Shown here: positions 25,671-40,297 of the stretch, one piece after another
Layout: each line of letters begins with the position of its first letter
Numbering within the stretch: the first letter of the stretch is position 1
From: Octopus sinensis
Lineage: Eukaryota
Direction: 5' to 3'
DNA: 64,000 nucleotides
NCBI RefSeq assembly: GCF_006345805.1
Contig: NC_043004.1
Location: 73,098,001 to 73,162,000, forward strand
The notes under the pieces: model-generated
Told to the model about the DNA's origin: nothing
Seen by the model: only the letters and a program-made list of their open reading frames with translations
Database searches by the model: none
Made by a program: the position numbers and the translations under genes

Positions 25671-28600
25671 CAGGGATGGTCATAAGTCGCTTTATCCATT
25701 TCTAATAATAATAAAGAATAGGTAAAGCGACTTATGACCATCCTTTTGTTCAAATTCACAGAAAACAAAAGCTGAAGTCAGGTGAGGGAACAACAAGCAG
25801 GTGTTGCATTAGTTTGACGCTCCGGAAGAATAGAAAAGTCATTGACGTTTCGACTCTACGCTCTTCGACAAAAAGTGTTGAGAGGAAAAACATGGAGTGA
25901 GAACAAAATAAAAACGGGGAGGGGAAAATATGTTGGAATTAACGGTTCAACATGATAAAATGATTCTGTGTGTGTGTGTGTAATATGCATGTGTGCGTTG
26001 CTTTTGTATTTGTATTTTTCCTCACCCCCGCTTCTGTTCATAGACTGACAAAATGAAACAGAAATTAGAAATTAATTATTAGCGATGGAAGCAGTATTAA
26101 TATTAAAATATAATCTTTAGCGTGCCTTTATGCACCAAGTGCCTATATGAGATGATCTCTCAAGGCTAATAACGCATTATACGGTTTCCTAACAAGACAT
26201 CCATGTTGAGTTGGATACAGAGAAATTAGAATCAACAAAAACATTCTGGAAATGTTGCTTTTCCAAAATATTTTACTTATTTAAATTTTCTTGTTGCTTA
26301 AATTTGATCAAATCTAAAAATATGCAATCCACCCTCACCAAGAAGTTTTAGTAGAATTGTGCCCCTTGCAATATTTCAATATCATGGCGCATAACAGGAA
26401 ACCATTTGCATTCGTGTGCAGATTGAGGCTTGAATAAATTACATACATTTAAAAGAGGAAAAATTTAAAGTAGTGTTCGTTTATTTCTTTCAGTCATTTG
26501 ACTGCGGCCAGGCTGAAGCACCGCTTGAAGTCGAGCGAATCAACCCCAGGACTTATTCTTTGTAAGCGTAGTACTTATTCTATCGGTCTCTTTGGCCGAA
26601 CCGCTAAGTTACGGGGACGTAAACACACCAGCATCGGTTGTCAGGCGATGGTGGGGTGGGACAAAGAGATACAAACATATATACATATATACGACGGGCT
26701 TCTTTCAGTTTCTGTGTACCAAATCTACTCACAAAGCTCTGGTCGGCCAGAGGCTATATTAGAAGACACTTCCCCGAGGTGCCACGCAGTAGGACTGAAT
26801 CTGGAACCATGTGGTTGGTAAGCACATTTAGTATTTATCGTTTATTTCTTCCTTGTTTCACTCATTAGACAGCAGCCATACTGGAGCACCTCCTTCAAGG
26901 GTTTTATTCAAACAAATTGAAGAAATAACTCTGGTGCTTATTCTATCATCTTATGCCGAACAACCATGTTACGGGGTGGCAAATATACCAACACCGGTTG
27001 TTACGAGGGTTGGGATGAACAAACACATACAATGACACAACACACACACACGCACATATATATTTGGCTTGATAAGTTACGGAGATAAAGTGACTACTAA
27101 AGCTATTTTTATAGAATAATAAATATATGATAATATATAAATATATTCTGATTTAAAGTGACATTTCTTTATTTAAACAATTGACTGAAAAGATGATGAG
27201 TTAACTCCAGCTAGAATCAAACCCACAAATCAACGTTTACATGGCTCCTGGCACATTCGACTGAACCAGAACACTCACCCATAAATTTCAATCAAATTTA
27301 ATCTATGGAAGCGTAACTGTCTAGAACTACATATAATATTTTGTAGTTTACAAATATTATATTTATATATATATATATTTATATATATATATAAACGTCG
27401 CTTTAATTCGGAGTATATATATGTATTGCTTTTACGTCCTGTTCTTGTCACTTGTTTTACCCCTCTGCAAAACAATTTTATTTAATTCCTTTTGCAGGAA
27501 GGACTGCTTCGGCCGGATCGTGTTCTACCCTTACCTTCGAAACACGCATTCAGTCGAAGCAGGGACAGCTGATGAAGGGGAATTTTCCTTGTTTGTCCTG
27601 TACTCTGTTTTTTCGTTGTTAAAAGAAGTCCGTTTCCTTGTTTGATTTTATGTTTTCGTTTCTCGTTGTGTTCTGCGTTTATTTGTGGTGTCCTGTACTC
27701 ATATATGCATGTATATATACATGTAGATGTAGGTATGTACATATATGTATGTATATACATGTATGCATATGTTTTATTTATTAAATTGTTATTATATATA
27801 TATATACATATATGTATGTATGTACGTATGTATGTATATATATATATATACACACGACGATGGTTGGCCCGGGGCTATAGCAGAATACACTTGCCCAAGG
27901 TACAGCCCAGTGGGACTGAACTTGAAACTACGCGGATGCAAAGCAAGCTTCTTAACCACACAGCCACGATAATTTGATGCCATATTCAGTAGCTTCTACG
28001 AATTTCATGCATGTACTATCATCCGGACTCTGAAGTAGAGGATGTTGAAAAACAAGATGATGAAGAATGAATATAAGATTCTCAGATTTCGTTGGTCAAA
28101 AGAGGTCCTGTAATGAACACCAGTGCTTTGTGAAAACCACAAATAAAGAATATTTATCCACCAATGCGGTGCTGAGCTCTCATTTCTACATATACACTGT
28201 ATAACACTCAAAGCTGTATTTTATAACAAAAGATACAACCACAATAACCACATGAACGGAAATATACATGAAGTTCTAAATACTGATTATCTGTCACGCA
28301 ATTTAAATTACACTGGACAAAAATAAATGTGCTTGTGTGGGGTGGGGGTGGATAGATAAGCAGTGCATTGATATTTGATTGCTTGTCAAATAATTTGACA
28401 ATTTACATTTTCGGTGAGGAAACCCAAACGTGCAGAGTTAATCTTTGCTATACAAAATTAGGAGGTAGGCTCCTTCCTAAAAACGCAACAGGAGAGGATT
28501 TTCACAGGAAAACAATCTCCGGCTTTGGCCTCATGCAATTAAATATTCTTCGTAATTTTATTCACTTCAACCTTTCACGTCTCACCTTATCTGATTACAA

Positions 28601-30131
28601 TAACTACATATAATTTTGACAATGAATACAGCACACTATTGATACAATATAATTCTCCGTTATAATGATAATTCCCACGGTTCTACTGAAGATGGCAAAT
28701 TCGAAACATGTCTACACAAAATCCAGACAACCCATTAATTACATACAACATAGACTATTTTGTAATATTTTTTTCAGATTATACAATAAAAATATTTAAG
28801 GATAAAAAGGTTGACTTCTCGAAACAACCTTAATCTGTTCTTAGACTTTTCTCCATAATGCATATATACATACATAAATAGATACGTACATACATAAATA
28901 CATACATACATATATACATACACATATCATACATACATACATTCAGACACCAGGCAAGGTGACAATCAGACAAACAGACCGACAGGCAGAAAGACAGACA
29001 AAGATCTGTATCTATAAAAGGTATGATGTGTGTGTGTGTATATATGTATATATTTATATATACATATATATATATATACATACTTTTATACATACATACA
29101 TACATGCATGCGTGAATACATAAATATATGCATACATACATGCATACATACATGCATACATACACACATTCGTATACGTCCATCATCAATACATACATAC
29201 ATACATACATACATACAATACATACATACATACATACATACATACATACATACACACACACATACATGCATACATACATACATAATACATACATACATAC
29301 ATACATACATACATACATCATACATACATACATACATACTGGTTGTCTCATCTTTTCAGGTGATAGCCATCTTACATGAGAAAAAAAAGAGAAATGAAAT
29401 GAAGAGGGAGACATCTGTACATCATTGGATTTAAGTGACAAAAGCTTGTACAACACTTTTGCCACTCTCTCGGTCTCCATAACAGGTTCCAGTGATAAGC
29501 ATTGCTTGATGACTGGTACTATTTTAAATACAGGTTTATGTCAATGTTTCTTTCTCCAAGAAGAGCTGGCTTCCCAACGGCCTTGTCAAAAAATAACGGG
29601 AGCCTCCTGTAACCCTGAGAAGTTTATATAACCCATTGATCCTGACAAGTATTACCGTTAAGTGTCAGAACGAACCTGAGGGTAATGGTAATTAAGATGT
29701 AACTTTAGGCTCCCCACAACTCCAGAATTCCTGAACTTCGCCGTTCATCCTTTCGGGGTCGATAAATGTGTGTGTGTGTGTGTGTGGTGTGTTTACGACG
29801 GGCTTCTTTCACTTTACGTCTACTAAATCATCCACTCACAAGGCTTTGCTCGGTCCAAGATTGTAGCAGAAGACACTTGCCCAAGGTACCATGAAGTGGG
29901 ACTGAGCCTAAAACCACGTGATTGGGAAGCAAACTTCTCACAACAGTTCCACGCCCACCCGTTCTCTTTTTTACTATATCCAAAATTTTTTCTATTTTCT
30001 TGGTGAAAAGTGTAAGCTATTTGGAGTTTTATCTTGTAACGTTTGATAAGAATCATAGATAGATTTCTGATAAACAACTTACTCCTGTTGTCCTTGTCAT
30101 TATAATGTATTTGTGAGGTGTTTGTTTATAT

Positions 30132-30461
30132 CAGTGGTTCTCAACCGGGGTCCATATATGATTTTTTGGGGTCCGTGTAACAAAAGAGTAAACTGGGGAT
30201 TCACATAGTATTTTAAGGGGCCCCTGAAAAAATTTTGCTTTAGATGTACGTATTGGTATGTATTGCAAGAAACAGCTAGGTTTCTTTCTCTAACCATTTA
30301 CACAATTCATTCTACACATGTTAATGGGGGGAAAATAAAATAACAATTTTGAAAGAAGTTTCTATAAAACTAGTTTTTAAACATCGAATGACTATGGGGA
30401 TCCACCATAATGAAATAGTTATCAAATGAGTCCATAGATAAGAAATGGTTGAGAACCCCTG
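30132..30461. mobile_element. hAT (Charlie-like) MITE
   Basis: TIRs CAGTGGTTCTCAACC / GGTTGAGAACCCCTG; perfect 8-bp TSD GTTTATAT (30124-30131, 30462-30469). Confidence 0.95.
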
Positions 30462-31389
30462 GTTTATATCTTTAGTGTCTTCAACATACTGCTTAGGAGC
30501 TGCAGATGTACGTATGCATGTATGAGTGTATTATAGTTTGAATGAAGCATTTTCTGATATAGATGTTTTTAAACGCTTTTAAAAGACCAACACCATGCGA
30601 GTTGTAATAAATAATGCAAGCTGATTGTACTTTTATCTTGTAATTCGATATTTCGGAGGTTAGGACCCCTTCTGGAAATCTTCGGAGATTTGATGTTATG
30701 GGCTGACTTTTCTGTTCTCTAGTATGTGAATAAGGAGGATAGCTTTGCAAGCGCGGGATAGCATTCCTATAATAGCCAATCAACGGCGTACAACTCCGTT
30801 CTGCTGTTTATAAGACATATGTATGTATTTTCATATGAATGTAAGTATATGTATATATTTGTGTGATTGGTTAAGATAGCAAACAGATTCTAGCCAAATA
30901 AAATAATAAAAGTCTAAACTAAAGGGATTTTACAGAGACGAAGGAGGTGAAACTAGTTTCAGCCTTTCAAAATTTGAAAAGAAAATTCACCCTGCAATAG
31001 AATTTGACTGGGCCACGATGTTATTTAATCTGGTCTGGAATGCTACTTAGAGCTCCAAGAAGAAACGGAATTCTATCGACTATGTTGTTTTCAGCTGAAA
31101 ACAAGCTATTTTAAATACCAAATTCTAAATACGGGTACTGAATGCGATTACCTCAGATACAGCTGTCACCCATTAGTAATATTTACATGTATATATGTAT
31201 GTGTGTATGTATGTATGTATTTATATATGTATGTATGAACAAAAGAGAGGAAGAACTCCATACATTTTGCAGATATCGTGCTGATGTTGTTGCTGTTGTT
31301 GTAGTTAGTTATCCTATGGTTATTCTTCAAGTATACCTAGGATCAGAAGCTTCCCAGCCACAAACACACAGATTTGTTTGTTATTATCA

Positions 31390-31750
31390 TAAAGGCAGCC
31401 AGCTGGCAGAATCGTTAGCATACCGGACAAAATGCTTAGTGGCATTTCGTTCGGCTTTACATTCCGAGTTCAAATTCCATCGAGGTTCACTTTGTCTTTC
31501 ATCCTTTCGGGGTCGATAAATTAAGTACCACTGGGATCGATGTAATAGACTAGTCCCTTCCTCAAAATTTTCAGGCTTCTGTCTTTAAAAGAAAGGGTTA
31601 TTATTATTATTGTTGTTGTTGTTTTTTTTTGGGGGGGGGGGGGTTCAAATGCTGCAGAGGTCGACTTTGCCTTTCTTTCTTTCTGGGTCGATAAAATAAG
31701 TACTAGTTGAGCATTGAGGTCAATGTAATCGACTATTCCCCTCCCCACCA
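31390..31750 (+). mobile_element. Two family-B SINE copies
   Basis: AAGGCAGCCAGCTGGCAGAATCGTTAG head; CTTTCATCCTTTCGGGGTCGATAAATTAAGTACC central domain. Confidence 0.75.
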
Positions 31751-32635
31751 AATTGTTGTTGCTTTTAGTTTTTATTACCATTATTGTTGTTACTGCTTTT
31801 ATTATCATTATTGTTGTTGCTGCAAATCCACTCACTTTGGTCAGCCCGAAGCTATAGTGGAAGATACTTGCCCAAGGTGCCACGCAGTGGGACTGAGCTC
31901 GGAACCATGTGGTTGGTAAGCAAGCTACTTACTACACAGTCACTCCTGCGCCTACGTAAAGTACTGGATAAAGTACGTTCATGAATTTGTAATGAAATGT
32001 GGCTTTCTACTTACACACAGTATTGTTTGACTTTGGGCACATTTGGCTGCTCTATCACGCAGGAGCTAACGATTGCATTGAGGTTCCATTTGCTCCTTAT
32101 GAACTCATCAGAGATTCCATTTATTTATTTGGTGGGAGGGTGGGATGGTCTTATTTTAAAAGTAGTTGACGCCAAAATTTAAGCAATGGTTACATAAAGC
32201 ATTCCACTTTACAAAGAAACGCACAAACGTGTGTCTGTGTGTGTGTAAAGTTGAATGCTTATAAGAGTGCAGGTATGTGTGTAAATTGTATTAAAAACAC
32301 AGCTGCGTTCTAGCTTTCTTGAAGTGTATACATACACACACACACACACATACACAAAACACACAGACATACACACAACATACACACACATACACACATA
32401 CACGCACACAGAGAAAAAGAGAGAGTGGGATAGAGAAGTTGTCCGATAAGTCGAACTTCGAAGTCACTGTTACCATTCTTCTTGTAAAAATATACTAAGT
32501 ATGTACTCTGCAAAAAGATTTGTTTCTATTATAACACGAGTGTGTGTGTGTGTGTGTGTAATATGTATGTTGCGTTCTTTCTTGTCCCTGTATATATACA
32601 TACATATATACATACATATATCTATATATATATAT

Positions 32636-32678
<43 letters not shown>

Positions 32679-32754
32679 TAAAAAATGGAGTTAACGCAGG
32701 TTTAAACAAGTATTTTTACTTTCTACATATGTTTCAAAAATTCCACTGATACTT

Positions 32755-32940
32755 ATTCAACGCGAGGACGTGGAACAAATATAGTATTATTGGACGGTCA
32801 GGAAAGAAGGAAAGAAGGAGGATTTAATGTTTCCAGCGGAGCTCTTCGTCGGAAACATAGGAGAAGGAAAGATCCAGAGAAGGGAAGACAGAGGGAAAAA
32901 AAATCGCCAACGGTACACAGGCGGTCGTGTTTGAATGTGT
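32755..32940 (-). mobile_element. Penelope-type tail element, inverted partner of 34540-34735
   Basis: Reverse-complement similarity over ~190 bp; degenerate hammerhead core. Confidence 0.7.
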
Positions 32941-33078
32941 GTGTGTGTTGAAGTGTGCATGCGTGTGTATACGTGTGCATGCATGATTATGAATGTGTGC
33001 TTTTGGGTCATTGTGAGTGTGTGTGTATTTTATGTGTGTTTCCATGCGAGTGTATGTGGGTATTCTGCATGTGTGTTT

Positions 33079-33143
<65 letters not shown>

Positions 33144-33404
33144 CATAAACACAGCATATATTAACGTCGCTCAGCCAATCCATATTCCATATTATTAGCT
33201 TTCATGACAAACAATTTTTTACGCATATATAAAGACAGTAACATATACTAGATTCAGTAAGAGTACACACAGACACGCACACACCCACGCGCAAGCATGC
33301 ACGCTCATTCAGTGCATTTTAGGTAATCGTATACAATCAAGTAGGTTCTCCATATGTCCATGTGTGCGTCCGTGTGTGTATGACTGTGCGCGCATATATG
33401 ATTA

Positions 33405-33871
33405 CAGTGACCCCTCGTTTGTGGCGGGTGATTGGTTCCAAGACCGGCCGCGATAACTAAATTTCCGCGAAGTAGGGACACCATATTTACAGTATTTGGA
33501 CTTTTAAAACCCTCCCTGTACTGTTAACAACCCCTCCATTACAGTAGTCTATTAATAACAAGGACAACTGTTAAGCAATAACACTTTAGATTTAGAATAA
33601 ATATAAATTGTTACTGTTACACAGGCCAGATTACAAAATAGAAAGCGGTGATTCGTCGTCTCTCTCCATTGCCCGTCTTAAGTTCAAATACCCCCGTATA
33701 TGCTTTTCGGCTATTTTGCTTGTTTTATTGTTCCTAGACTAGGAAATAATATTTATTATTAATATTTTAATGAATTTAATGAAAAATTTTAGGCGTTCAT
33801 ATATATATTTTTGAAATTTGCGAAGTCGTGAATCCGCGATAGTTGAACCGCGAAGTAGCGAGAGATCACTG
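33405..33871. mobile_element. Tigger-like (TcMar) MITE
   Basis: TIRs CAGTGACCCCTCG / CGAGAGATCACTG; TA TSD at 33403-33404 and 33872-33873; subterminal CCGCGA repeats. Confidence 0.9.
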
Positions 33872-34271
33872 TATGTATATGCATCTTGTTCAAATACTTC
33901 AGAACATATACCCATCAGTATCTTCTTAGTAGCTCAAGATGTGTCTATTTAGCTCAGCGCTACTCAAAGAGGTGTTCCGCGGACCGGTGCCGGTCTGCAA
34001 GCCATCAGCTGTCGGTGAGTTTCTAGAAAAGAAGAAACAGTATAAAATGCTTATGCAATACTGTATTATTTGTTTACAAAATAAATATAAGCGGAAAACT
34101 ATTGTCAACTTTTATTATATTCATTATATATATTGTTTCTGGTATAAATTAATATTATTAAGAAATAGTACCAGTCCCTGACACAATGTAGGGAGAAAAT
34201 GTAGGGAGAGTTTGAGAAGCACTAACCTAGGTAACTATCTACCTCTCTGCCTATGTGCGCTGTGTTAGGTG

Positions 34272-34344
<73 letters not shown>

Positions 34345-34502
34345 GTAGTTTTTTTTCAGTTTCTGTCGACCAAATCCACTCACAAGGTTTTGGTCGACCT
34401 GAGGCTATAGAAGAAGACACGTGGCCAAGATAGTACGCAGTGGGACGAACCCCGAACCATGTGGTTGGTAGTCACGCTACTCACGACACAACAATTCCTT
34501 CG

Positions 34503-34544
<42 letters not shown>

Positions 34545-34610
34545 GATCGCGTGTATACCGTTGGCGATTTTTTCCTCCGTCTTCCCTTCCTTGGATCTTT
34601 CCTTTTCCTA

Positions 34611-34646
34611 TGTTTCTGACGAAGAGCTCCGCTCGAAACGTTAAAT
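34611..34646 (+). ncRNA. Minimal hammerhead-ribozyme motif (PLE type) within tail element 34540-34735
   Basis: TTT-CTGACGA-A-GAGC-TCC-GCTC-GAAA-CGTT-AAA; canonical core, 4-bp stem II, palindromic ACGT helix III, weak stem I. Confidence 0.55.
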
Positions 34647-34733
34647 CCTCCTTCTTTCTTTCCTTCCTTAGCGTCCAATAACACTATACTTGTTCCACGT
34701 CCTCGCGTTGTTGTGTTTTCATGTTTGGATTAA

Positions 34734-34786
<53 letters not shown>

Positions 34787-34915
34787 TGGAAATGAATGCG
34801 TTGCGTCCAATTAAATAATAAATAATAAATTATATATATATAATATATATATATATATATTATATATATACACACATACTTGGAAATGATGCGTTGCGTC
34901 CAATTAAATAATAAA

Positions 34916-34950
<35 letters not shown>

Positions 34951-35334
34951 CTATATATATATATATATATAATATATATATATATACATACATATGCATA
35001 TACATATACATATATATATATGCATGCATATATGGCTACAGAAGGTCACCAACGGTGTAAATAACATGAACTGCGTAAACAAACAATGGAAACACGAGTA
35101 AAATACGTAAACAACGAGAAAAGAAGTTAACACAGAGAAAGGACCCTTCATCAGTTGTCGCCTGTCTATCTACTCCTCATTTCGAGCATTCAACAACACC
35201 AGGGTCTTTTCTCAGTGTCCAGTTTTTTTTCCTATTTTTCTCATTGTTTACGCATTTTACTCGTTTTCCCTCCTTTGTTTACGTATTTCATGTTACTTGC
35301 ACTATCGGTGGCGTACTCTACCCATATATGCATG

Positions 35335-35397
<63 letters not shown>

Positions 35398-35564
35398 TAA
35401 TATTATATTATATATATTATTTATTATTTATTATATATATATATATATATACTTATTTATATATATGTATATATACACATATGCATATATATACTTGTTT
35501 ATATATATATACATATATGTTTTTATTTATAAGCTGGATGCGTGTGAATTTATATAGATATTTA

Positions 35565-35614
<50 letters not shown>

Positions 35615-36279
35615 CAAGTGTATATATATGATATCTATGTACACAAATATATGTGTGTGTGTACTTATGTATGTATATGTGTATGTCTGCATATGCATGC
35701 ATGTATGCACGTGTATAAGTATGTATATATGCGTGTCTATATGTACGGATTTGTGTGTGTGTGTGTGTAAATGCATGCATGCATACTTACACCCTCACAT
35801 TTGCATACATACGTACATACATACATAAATATATGCATGCATGCATACACATATATTACATTGTTGAAAGATATCGTCTTTGACAAATATATGCAGAATT
35901 TAAGTATGGCAATGTGAATTTGCGGCGTCGCTTTTTACAAAGCTATCAGTTTTCACAGTGTAGTGAGCAAAATAGCTGGCGGGAATGTTAGATTTATCAA
36001 AAAATAAAAAGAAATAGATAAAAAGAAGGTGAGGTGGAAGAAGACGTTGGCGACAATGTACAGTGGCGGGAAAGTTAGTCCTATCAAGGAATTGTTTTCA
36101 AAATAACGTTTTATTTTCTTACAAAAATATCCAATTAGAGATAGAACGGTCGAAAGGAAACTAAAAGAAAGACCGCGAAAAGAAAAACAAAAAAAAATAA
36201 AAGTTAAAATGAAAAGGATTGTTTTTGATTAAGAATAAAATAAAAAGGTAACAAAAATAATTAAAAAAAAAAGAACAGA

Positions 36280-36372
36280 AGAAGAAGAAGAAGAAGAGAA
36301 GAAGAAGAAGAAGAAGAAGAAGAAGAAGAAGAAGAAGAAGAAGAAGAAGAAGAAGAAGAAGAAGAAGAAGAA
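36280..36372. repeat. (GAA)n microsatellite; (GATA)/(GACA) array at 36838-37098
   Basis: Direct reading. Confidence 0.95.
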
Positions 36373-36870
36373 TTAAATGCAAAGAATGTGTAATACATGA
36401 CTGTAATTCTTTTAAATGTATTTCTTATCATAAGGGAAATTAAAAAGCGAACGGAGCGATAAGATTCAAGGAAACGAACGAAGAATTGTGCCAAATAGAT
36501 TGCGTTTTCTGCCGAAGTTGTTTGATTCAATTGTATAAGCCTTGTACAGTGTGCAGTATTTTGTTGCCTTTGTTGGTATTTTAGCAGCTTTCTTGTTTGC
36601 TTGTTTGTTTGTGTGTTTGTTTGTGTTGGGTCTTTTTGCTTGTGTCGTTTTGTTTTTTTTTTTTTTCGTTCTGCCAATATAGCGACCCAGAAGCGTGCGG
36701 TTTCGAATCTATCTATTACATATGTCTTCAGGAAAAAAAAATTTTGTTTTTTCGTAGGTGCACTTTTTATCGGATTCCTTTTAATTACTTCACATTTATG
36801 CGTATGTGTCTACGTACGCTAGAGATAAGAGTATGTGTAGATAGACAGACAGACAGATAGACAGACAGAC

Positions 36871-36945
<75 letters not shown>

Positions 36946-36950
36946 CAGAC

Positions 36951-37028
<78 letters not shown>

Positions 37029-37042
37029 CCAGACAGACAGAC

Positions 37043-37099
<57 letters not shown>

Positions 37100-38115
37100 T
37101 TCTCCAACTGACATATCTTCTGTTTGTAGTGTTGCAAAAAAGTTGGAATCAGAGAAAAACATTCAACTTTCATTATGTGTATGTGTGTGTACATATGTGT
37201 GCATGTGTGTATGTGTGTGTATGTGTGTAAATGCATATTTGTATATATATATATGTGTGTGTCTGCGTGTGTATGTATGTATATATGCGTATGTATGTAT
37301 GCATGCATGCATGCATCTATGTATATATGTATGTAGATATGTATGTATGTATGTATGCATGTATGTATGTATGTATGTATGCATGCATGCATGTATGTAT
37401 GCATGTATACATCACCGTGACCGACCAGGCTATCAGACGTTGCTACACATCACCGTTCACAATGCGCTTCGCATTGTTTTAGCCTTCAAATGACCCACCC
37501 CGCTGGCTAAGCGAGCTGGCCAACAGAAGAAAAAATGAGAGAAAGTTGTGGCGAAAGAGTACAGCAGGGATCGCCACCATCCCCTGTCGGAGCCTCGTGG
37601 AGCTTTAAGTGTTTTCGCTCAATAAACACTCACAACGCCCGGTCTGGGAATCGAAACCGCGAGTCCGCTGCTCTAACCACTGGGCCATTGCGCCTCCATG
37701 TACGTATACATAGAGGTCATAAAATACATTAACTTTTATAAAGGAACTCAATACGAACACTTTTTTAAAAACATATTTTTATTGAGAAAATCCAGCAATA
37801 TGGATGATCATTTTAGTCCTTTGACTGCTTAATCCAAAGTTTAAGTGTTTAAGCAAGATTCTGGGCCAAGAAGTTGGAGAATTGTTAGACTCGCGTAATT
37901 GCGGAAGACATTTCTAGGCCAACACTTAATTCGTGTGGTAAACCTCTGAGATGGTAATATTTACATTATTTACATTATTTACATTCGACGGATATTTGTC
38001 CTCATCTTGTTTGTTGTTAACACAACGTTTTGGCTGATATACCCTCCAGCTTTCTTCAGGTATCATGGAGAAATTTCAAACCTGGGTTCACATTCCAAAG
38101 GTATATTATTCGATG

Positions 38116-38180
<65 letters not shown>

Positions 38181-38309
38181 GTTGTTGTTGTTGTTGTTGT
38201 TGTTATTGTTATTATTATTATTATTATTATTATTGTGTTGTTGTTGTTGTTGTTGTTGTCGTTGTTATTATTATATTATTATTATTATATTATTATTATT
38301 ATTATTATT

Positions 38310-40211
38310 GTGTTTTTTCCGTCTTTCTTCAAATTTTCTTCCGTTTCTCGCCGAGTGTTTTCCATACACCTAGGGCAGAGAAGGGCATTGTATGCAAATT
38401 CACAGATAAAATATGTATTTAAAAATTAATAAATAAATAAATTCATGGATGTATGTTATTTTCACAGCGATAGTGCTCTTCTCAGTACATGAGCCGTTCC
38501 AGTTAATACGATTTTTTGCACTTCCTGTAGGGATGGTAAGCCTGGAATCATTTTCAAATAGGTTTCAGTACCTTTTTCATCAATCCTAGAGATCCTACAA
38601 TCACTGGTACTGTAGTCGCCTTGAGATGCCACATTTTTTCAATTTCCATTAGCAGGTCTTTATATTTACTAATCTTGTCAAATTCTTTCGCCGCTATATT
38701 GTGATCACAGGGAATACTCATGTCAATTAATAAACACACCCTTTTTGTCGGATCTTTTATAATGATATCCGGTTTATTGACTTTTATAGTCCTATCGGAC
38801 TGCACGGGGAAGTCCCATAGAATCGACACATTTTCTCCCTCAGTCACAGCTTCAGAATGATGTTTATACCATTTGTCAGCGGTTTTGATTTTATAATGCC
38901 GACATATTGTCCAGTGTAAATACTGGCCGACTCTGTCATGTCTTGCTTTATATTCTGCAGGTGCTAAGACTCTACACCCTGAGATTAGGTGGTCTATTGT
39001 TTCAATCTCATCGTTACAGAATCGGCATTTTGGGTCAGCTCCATTTTTCATCACATTGGCTTGGTAGTTCCGGGTAAATAAGCTTTGATCTTGAGCAGCT
39101 AATATGAAACCTTCACTCTCTGCTTACAGCCCTGAACTTCGTAACCATTGGTGCGTGTGTTTCTGGTTGACATCAGCTTGTTTGCTCCGGGCCACATACT
39201 TGCCATGGAGAGGTTTCTGTTCCCATCTGCTAGCTAAATTTTCATGTGCTTTTGTCTTTGCAATTAATTTTATTTTCTTTGCAGCTGCAGTTGGCGCATT
39301 TCCTTCATCCTGATCAATCTGGTGGGTATCTAAGAGATCAGCAGCGAATTTTTTGCTCTCTTTGAGAACAGAGTGAAGTCTTTTCAGTCTTTCATGTTTT
39401 TCAACAAGTTTTAGCATCCAATCGTTGGTTGCTTCAAGGTATTTGGCCAGTCCGATTGTGGTGGTTTTGTATGTAAGTTCAAGCTGGATCAAACCTCGAC
39501 CTCCCTGAGCTCTGGGAAGGTAAAGGCGATCCACGTCTGCCTTTGGATGGTGCATCTTATTACAAGTCAGTAGCTTGCGGATTTTCCTGTCAATTTTCAT
39601 TATTTCTCTAGTATTCCAGTTAAGCACATTGAAGCTATAAAGAACAACTGGTACTGCTAAGGAATTTATGGCTAAAACCTTATTATATGCATTCAGCTCA
39701 GACTTCAGGACTGCTCGAACTCTTCTATAACATTCTTTCCTAACCTTCTCTTTCATGCTTGCATGCTGGATACCAGAGTCTTCATTTATTCCTAGGTATT
39801 TATAGGTTTGTTCCTGCTCAAGTTCCTTTATTACTGTTTCGACATCTAATTCCATTGAACTAGACTTTACCAATTTCCCTTTCTTAAAAGTGGCTTTGGC
39901 CATACGTTTCAAGGCCAAACTCCATCCCGATATCATCACTGAATCCTTTCACAGTATGTAATAATCCTTCAAGCTCTTCATCATCTTTGCCATATAGCTT
40001 TAAGTCATCCATATAAAATAGATGGCTTATTTTCTTGTTGTCAATTTTGTAGCCATATCCTGTTCTATTCAGTTCACTTGAGAGTGGTATTAGTGCTATG
40101 CAGAATATTAGTGGTGAAAGTGAGTCACCTTGGAAAATTCCACAGTTTATGCTAATGTTGTTTGAGTGCAATACTCCATTAGAATGATATTATTGGAGCT
40201 TCGTGTTCCAT
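38310..40211 (-). mobile_element. 5'-truncated R4/Dong-like (RLE-type) non-LTR retrotransposon in (TAA)n
   Basis: RT motifs GIFQGDSLSP, HLFYMDD, YKYLG; CCHC finger CRFCNDEIETIDHLISGC; RHD; RLE KPDIII...LIDMSIP...KISKY; frameshifted end ...TGTAHVLRRALSL* (stop 38462-38464); (AAT)n tail 38118-38309 and (AAT)n at the 5' junction. Confidence 0.92.
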
Positions 40212-40256
40212 ATTATTATCATTATTATTATTATTATCATCATCATTATTATTATT

Positions 40257-40297
40257 CAGGTCACTGCTTGGAATCGAACTCGGAAACTTGGGGTTAG
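40257..40297 (-). mobile_element. Truncated tRNA-like mini-SINE with (AAT)n tail, plus inverted 21-bp copy of its 3' end (40302-40322)
   Basis: Reverse complement of CTAA(T/C)CCCAAG(A/T)TTCCGAGTTCGA(T/A)(T/A)CCAAGCAGTGACCTG(AAT)n seen at 63.8 kb. Confidence 0.75.

Noticed and set aside
28600-29700. Weak PLE-like (28640-28830) and unidentified coding-like (29400-29620) fragments
   Set aside because: The resemblance is too faint to assign without a search.
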